A stretch of 37,227 nucleotides of DNA from IMG/VR virus record IMGVR_UViG_3300029955_000077. The stretch is one strand, 5' to 3'. Shown one piece after another: positions 33,581 to 37,227 of this stretch; position 1 is the stretch's first letter; each line of letters begins with the position of its first letter. The translations under genes were made by a program, and so were the position numbers. Origin of the DNA: a virus. The notes below the pieces were generated by a model that saw only the letters and a program-made list of their open reading frames with translations, did no database searches and had not been told where the DNA came from.

Positions 33581-34218
33581 TGGAGTACGTAACTATAGAT
33601 ACTAAAAGACTTTTTGGTTTAGAAATAGCGGCAGGTCATTATGTAGACTGGACTATTTTTATGCAGGTACTGCCGCCCTCAGTTTCTAATATTTATCACC
33701 GAAGCCCGATGATATTTGATAGAGCCAAAGGGTCAAGTAAAAATCATCAAGCATGGGTAGGTGGGTATAAAAACCATGTAACGGAGTGTATGAATATCGC
33801 CTGTCAACAATATCGATGGATGAACCAAGTTAGATTTTTACCTTTTACTTTAGAAGAAGCCCTAGTTGTTTTGTTCCTGCATGACATTGAGAAACCCTTT
33901 AAACATCAAGGACGATTATATCGCTGTAAAGTCCATAATGGTTTTTGCAATTGTGTTCAAGAAGAAAACATAGAAGCCACTAAAGAAAATAGGAATAAAT
34001 TTAGAAAAGATTTGATTGAAGATTATGGCATTTCACTTACAGACGCTCAATGGAATGCACTTGAATATATTGAAGGTGTACCAGATTCCGTTTATACTCC
34101 CAATGAGCGCACTATGGGAGAACTGGCCGCTTTTTGTCATACATGTGATATTTTAAGCGCTAGGTTGTGGTGGGATAGAGGGTTAGGTGTACCTCTCGGA
34201 TCAAATCGTTGGGAATGA
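33577..34218 (+). CDS. HD-domain phosphohydrolase-like protein
   Basis: H...LFLHDIEKP resembles the H...HD motif. ATGA overlap. Confidence 0.5.
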   Translation: MMEYVTIDTKRLFGLEIAAGHYVDWTIFMQVLPPSVSNIYHRSPMIFDRAKGSSKNHQAWVGGYKNHVTECMNIACQQYRWMNQVRFLPFTLEEALVVLFLHDIEKPFKHQGRLYRCKVHNGFCNCVQEENIEATKENRNKFRKDLIEDYGISLTDAQWNALEYIEGVPDSVYTPNERTMGELAAFCHTCDILSARLWWDRGLGVPLGSNRWE

Positions 34219-34230
34219 GTATTACCCTGT

Positions 34231-34443
34231 ATGAACAAAATTATTGTAAATGCCGCTAAATACTTGGTTAAATCTAGAGGGTTCTACATTGAACCCAACG
34301 ATACTCCCCTGGTATCTTTGATTCATCAAGATACTTTTGCGGCTTTGAATTGTTTGGCGAATGTAGCTACCGATACAAATCCAGATTTGGTCAACACCAA
34401 ACACACAAGCGACTGGCTGCATACTGTGCTCCCCAATGCCTGA
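34231..34443 (+). CDS. hypothetical protein (70 aa)
   Basis: ATG ORF. Confidence 0.35.
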   Translation: MNKIIVNAAKYLVKSRGFYIEPNDTPLVSLIHQDTFAALNCLANVATDTNPDLVNTKHTSDWLHTVLPNA

Positions 34444-34912
34444 TTGTGAAATCAAAATAGATAAAGACTACGAAGGTCCGTCTGTCCTGGAGCTAGTAGA
34501 TTCCTTGGATGGAATTCAGGACCCCATTAAAATCAGTTGGTCAAATAGCAAAAATGAAGTAGCTCTACTCCATAAATATCCCCAAAAAAAATTTATTTTA
34601 TATGTAAACGATTTTTCTACTCGTGACCGAACAGTAGCAACTTTAGGTTTATCTCTAAATTTAGAACCAGTTACTCTAGCTCGTACCAAAGAAGTGATTA
34701 TTGATATGAAAACCTATGACTGGAGAAATTTTTGTAGAGAGCAAATTAATGGTGTTGCACCTAAGTGGCTTTTATTGAAACTGGCGGCAGATTCTTTACG
34801 AAAAGGCAATTCTCCGGCTTTAGCGGACATTATAGAACCTCTCTTATTGCGAGGTGTGAATATCGCAGATGCAGATGTTTTACTTAGATTGAAATCTAAA
34901 GTATGGAGATAA
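34436..34912 (+). CDS. hypothetical protein (158 aa)
   Basis: ATG ORF overlapping the previous gene. Confidence 0.45.
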   Translation: MPDCEIKIDKDYEGPSVLELVDSLDGIQDPIKISWSNSKNEVALLHKYPQKKFILYVNDFSTRDRTVATLGLSLNLEPVTLARTKEVIIDMKTYDWRNFCREQINGVAPKWLLLKLAADSLRKGNSPALADIIEPLLLRGVNIADADVLLRLKSKVWR

Positions 34913-34913
34913 T

Positions 34914-35198
34914 ATGGATGAAGATGATTTTTTAGGGGATCCAGATTTTCCTCGTAAACTACTGGATAAAAAAATGTACACTAGAATTAATCTCTCCACT
35001 GGAGAATTTGAATTGCTGCGCTGGGAGCCTATGATCACAGAAAATGGTGAACTCATTCCAGAAAGTGTTATGCTGTTTGTAGATGAAAATCCACCCCTTA
35101 TGATGGAACGAGAGGCAGCGGAGCATTACATCGAAGCTCAAAATTTCATAGCGATTGTGAATGTGGGGCAACAGCATAAACACAAAACGGTGCATTAA
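34914..35198 (+). CDS. hypothetical protein (94 aa)
   Basis: ATG 2 nt after the upstream stop. Confidence 0.45.
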   Translation: MDEDDFLGDPDFPRKLLDKKMYTRINLSTGEFELLRWEPMITENGELIPESVMLFVDENPPLMMEREAAEHYIEAQNFIAIVNVGQQHKHKTVH

Positions 35199-35201
35199 GA
35201 G

Positions 35202-35501
35202 ATGAAAAATATATCCAGAAAGAATCCAAGGAAAACACTGAATTTGATTAACTGGATACGTAGTTGGAATTGGTACGGTATTTTAGGGGTCTGGAAATGG
35301 TGGTGGTGTATGGGTTTGATATCCATTCCTTTTGCTGTATTGAAAATCCTTATCGATGAAAAATATTTTGGATATGATAGCAACATTTCCATGATGATAT
35401 TTATTGTAGCGGTGATTATCGCAAATTTTGCGATTCAAGGCTTGCCTCCCGATGGCATAAACGCTCCCTTAGAAAAGAAAGTTGTAAAAAATATAAAATA
35501 A
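35202..35501 (+). CDS. membrane protein (2 transmembrane segments)
   Basis: Trp-rich hydrophobic segments. Confidence 0.45.
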   Translation: MKNISRKNPRKTLNLINWIRSWNWYGILGVWKWWWCMGLISIPFAVLKILIDEKYFGYDSNISMMIFIVAVIIANFAIQGLPPDGINAPLEKKVVKNIK

Positions 35502-35547
35502 TGGTATTATAGAATAGAAAAAATGATGATGATTAGGAGAAAATGTA

Positions 35548-36150
35548 GTGGATTTTTTTACGGCCGACTGGCACCTTGGACATAACAATATTATAAAATA
35601 TTGCGATCGCCCTTTCAAAAATACAGATGAGATGGATTCAGTGCTCATTAATAATGTAAACGAAGTAGCAAAACCTGATGACAGGGTATACAATTTAGGC
35701 GATGTGGGGATGTTTAGGGATACTGACAGACTTCGAGCCTATAGACAACGAATTGTGTGTAAAAATGTATTTGTAATACTGGGGAACCATGATCAGCGAA
35801 ACAAGAAAGACATCGCTCGTTATTTCACCGTTCTTCCAGCAGAATATGAGTACACATCAGATGATGGATATAGGATTATTTTAAACCATTATGCAATGCG
35901 GGTATGGAGTTCGTCACATCATGGCGTAGTGCATCTCTACGGGCACTCGCACGGCACATTACCGCCTATTCCAGGCATGGCAGCATACGATGTGGGGGTA
36001 GACCCCCGAAATTATCGCCCTGACTCCCTGGATCAAGTGAAAGCTGAAATGAAGAGACTTTGTCCAGAAGGCAAGACACTGGTAGGAGACCATCATGGAC
36101 TCGACAAAATACGAGACACAATCAGAAACAAAATATCGACAGCTCTGTAA
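35548..36150 (+). CDS. calcineurin-like metallophosphoesterase
   Basis: GTG start with AGGAGA 8 nt upstream. Motifs DWHLGH, GDVG, GNHD, GHSH. TGgTATTATAGAAT lies upstream at 35501-35514. Confidence 0.7.
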   Translation: MDFFTADWHLGHNNIIKYCDRPFKNTDEMDSVLINNVNEVAKPDDRVYNLGDVGMFRDTDRLRAYRQRIVCKNVFVILGNHDQRNKKDIARYFTVLPAEYEYTSDDGYRIILNHYAMRVWSSSHHGVVHLYGHSHGTLPPIPGMAAYDVGVDPRNYRPDSLDQVKAEMKRLCPEGKTLVGDHHGLDKIRDTIRNKISTAL

Positions 36151-36189
36151 AGCTTACCAAAAAGCGGCGTAAAGCCCCTGCCTTCAGGC

Positions 36190-36270
36190 ATGGGATAGAT
36201 TCGAACCCCCACACCGGTCTAGGGAGCGGATTAACAGTCCGCAGCTCTCACCAATGAGCAGCCGTCACCA
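36190..36270 (-). pseudogene. minus-strand tRNA-like fragment (D-arm plus GUU anticodon arm)
   Basis: The reverse complement reads GCTC-ATTGGTGA-GAGC followed by GCGGA-CTGTTAA-TCCGC. The T-arm (GGGGG-TTCGAATC-TATCCC) does not pair and there is no matching acceptor 3' strand. Confidence 0.25.
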
Positions 36271-36281
36271 CAAAGAGGGTC

Positions 36282-36321
36282 GAGTGAGGAGAGCGCTCTC
36301 CAAAGCTTTATTTCTCACTCG
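36282..36321. repeat. 8-bp inverted repeat CGAGTGAG...CTCACTCG enclosing the palindrome GGAGAGCGCTCTCC
   Basis: Seen directly in the sequence. Confidence 0.6.
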
Positions 36322-36362
36322 GCCCGACTACCTAAGCCGTGATCTTGCCGTTGCTTTTGTTC

Positions 36363-36392
36363 TTGACAGTATATCGCAGGTTGTGGTATATT
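36363..36392 (+). promoter_or_regulatory. sigma70-like promoter TTGACA-18-TATATT (with TGg extended -10)
   Basis: Consensus -35. It lies immediately upstream of repeat copy 2. Confidence 0.55.
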
Positions 36393-36407
36393 TCTTGTAT
36401 GGCACTC

Positions 36408-36620
36408 GAAGGCTACAAAATAAGCATTGAAGGTCTTGCGAAAACCAAGCTGGCTAAATCAATGCTGCATTCGGGAATTCTCGTCGCCTCGGGATACGTG
36501 GAGTCGTTAAACGACTGCGGACAGTGTGTAAGTCTGGCGAAAGCTAGCAACGCTGGTTGAAACAGTTAAGGGCGGCTTTGCCGCCTAGAATCCCTCGCCT
36601 TTAGGCGTGGGGAGTATCAA
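36408..36620 (+). repeat. dispersed structured repeat, copy 2 (213 bp)
   Basis: Homologous to 11314-11547. The hairpin stems are conserved while the loops differ (GGCGGC-ttt-GCCGCC here versus a gtta loop in copy 1). Confidence 0.8.
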
Positions 36621-36666
36621 GCTATGAAAACTGGGCATTTGGAGTTTCTATTTCGGTGAGACGACT

Positions 36667-36846
36667 ATGCATCATTTTTTGATTAATTTGTTGTGGATAA
36701 CTCTATTGGCCTTTCCATTTGGCGTTATTAGTTCAATTTGGTGTCATTTAATCGGATTCGTACCTCCAAAAGGATGGCGTTTCTTTGTTTATGATATACC
36801 ATCGTTTGTGTTCGGAATAATTCTCGGATTTTATTTTTTCAAATAA
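36667..36846 (+). CDS. small hydrophobic membrane protein (59 aa)
   Basis: ATG ORF encoding MHHFLINLLWITLLAFPFGVISSIWCHLIGFV..., which predicts two transmembrane segments. Confidence 0.35.
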   Translation: MHHFLINLLWITLLAFPFGVISSIWCHLIGFVPPKGWRFFVYDIPSFVFGIILGFYFFK

Positions 36847-37227
36847 TACTTGACTTTTGGTATTCTATATGAGACAATGTTTTTAGGTTAAGCCTGCGGA
36901 ATAACGCTATTCGCCCTGGATGGAGAAACAACCCGATGGGCAAAGGGTGTGAATAACCCACTTGCATAGTGCCGCAGCCCCCACTTACGCCCCTGTATTC
37001 ACCGGGGATGAAAGACGCAGGGGGTAACAATTTTAGGTTTACTGGTCGCATAAGGATCGACAAAAACCGCAGGGCTAGACTCCTTGTGGCACAAATCGGT
37101 CGCTCGTCTAGGAGAAACCGGTTCCTAAGAATCGGCGATCAGTTTTTAAAGAAGTGACGGCGCAGGAATAATGGCGCGGAATCGTGGTCGTAAGCAGCCG
37201 AAGGAGTGTCCTGGCAGCGAATGGATA

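Noticed and set aside
36339-36560. ORF-track CDS (73 aa) covering the promoter and repeat copy 2
   Set aside because: It spans the -35/-10 promoter, and the homologous copy 1 has frame-breaking indels. It is more likely a non-coding element.
36850-37227. RNase P RNA or tmRNA
   Set aside because: No GGAAAGUCCGG P4 motif and no tRNA-like acceptor or T-arm ending in CCA were found. The region is left as an unclassified structured sequence.

Overview
The window looks like an AT-rich (~43% GC) section of a large, probably jumbo, bacteriophage genome. It is densely packed with almost exclusively plus-strand genes, many of them small CxxC zinc-ribbon ORFs joined by ATGA stop/start overlaps. There are AGGAG-type Shine-Dalgarno sites and recurrent TG-TATACT extended -10 promoter motifs. 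Three things stand out. First, an 817-aa protein (1711-4164) has a clear major vault protein (MVP) architecture: N-terminal repeat domains, an SPFH-like shoulder and a C-terminal cap-helix coiled coil. It has a small upstream partner gene and is followed by a Pol-beta-type nucleotidyltransferase and an HNH nuclease. Second, a two-part tRNA island (7017-9445 and 11075-11872) holds at least 13 tRNA genes, most ending in an encoded CCA. These include what appear to be all four CGN-reading Arg anticodons as a paralogous tandem array plus Arg-UCU, two Lys-UUU, a canonical Asn-GUU, and a type-II (long-arm) tRNA that also carries a GUU anticodon. Several degenerate tRNA-like pieces lie alongside, and the island is interleaved with HTH and HNH genes. 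Third, a ~215-235 bp structured repeat, apparently non-coding, occurs twice (11314-11547 and 36408-36620). The second copy sits directly behind a consensus sigma70-like promoter. Other recognisable genes are an ADP-ribosylglycohydrolase translationally coupled to a type I methionine aminopeptidase, a Ku homolog, an APC-family amino-acid permease with a secreted His/Gly-rich protein, a C5 cytosine methyltransferase, an Endo VII nuclease, a SNF2 helicase, an HD-domain protein and a metallophosphoesterase. There are several GC-rich mosaic patches and short coding tandem repeats. No CRISPR array, integrase, rRNA or virion structural genes are evident.
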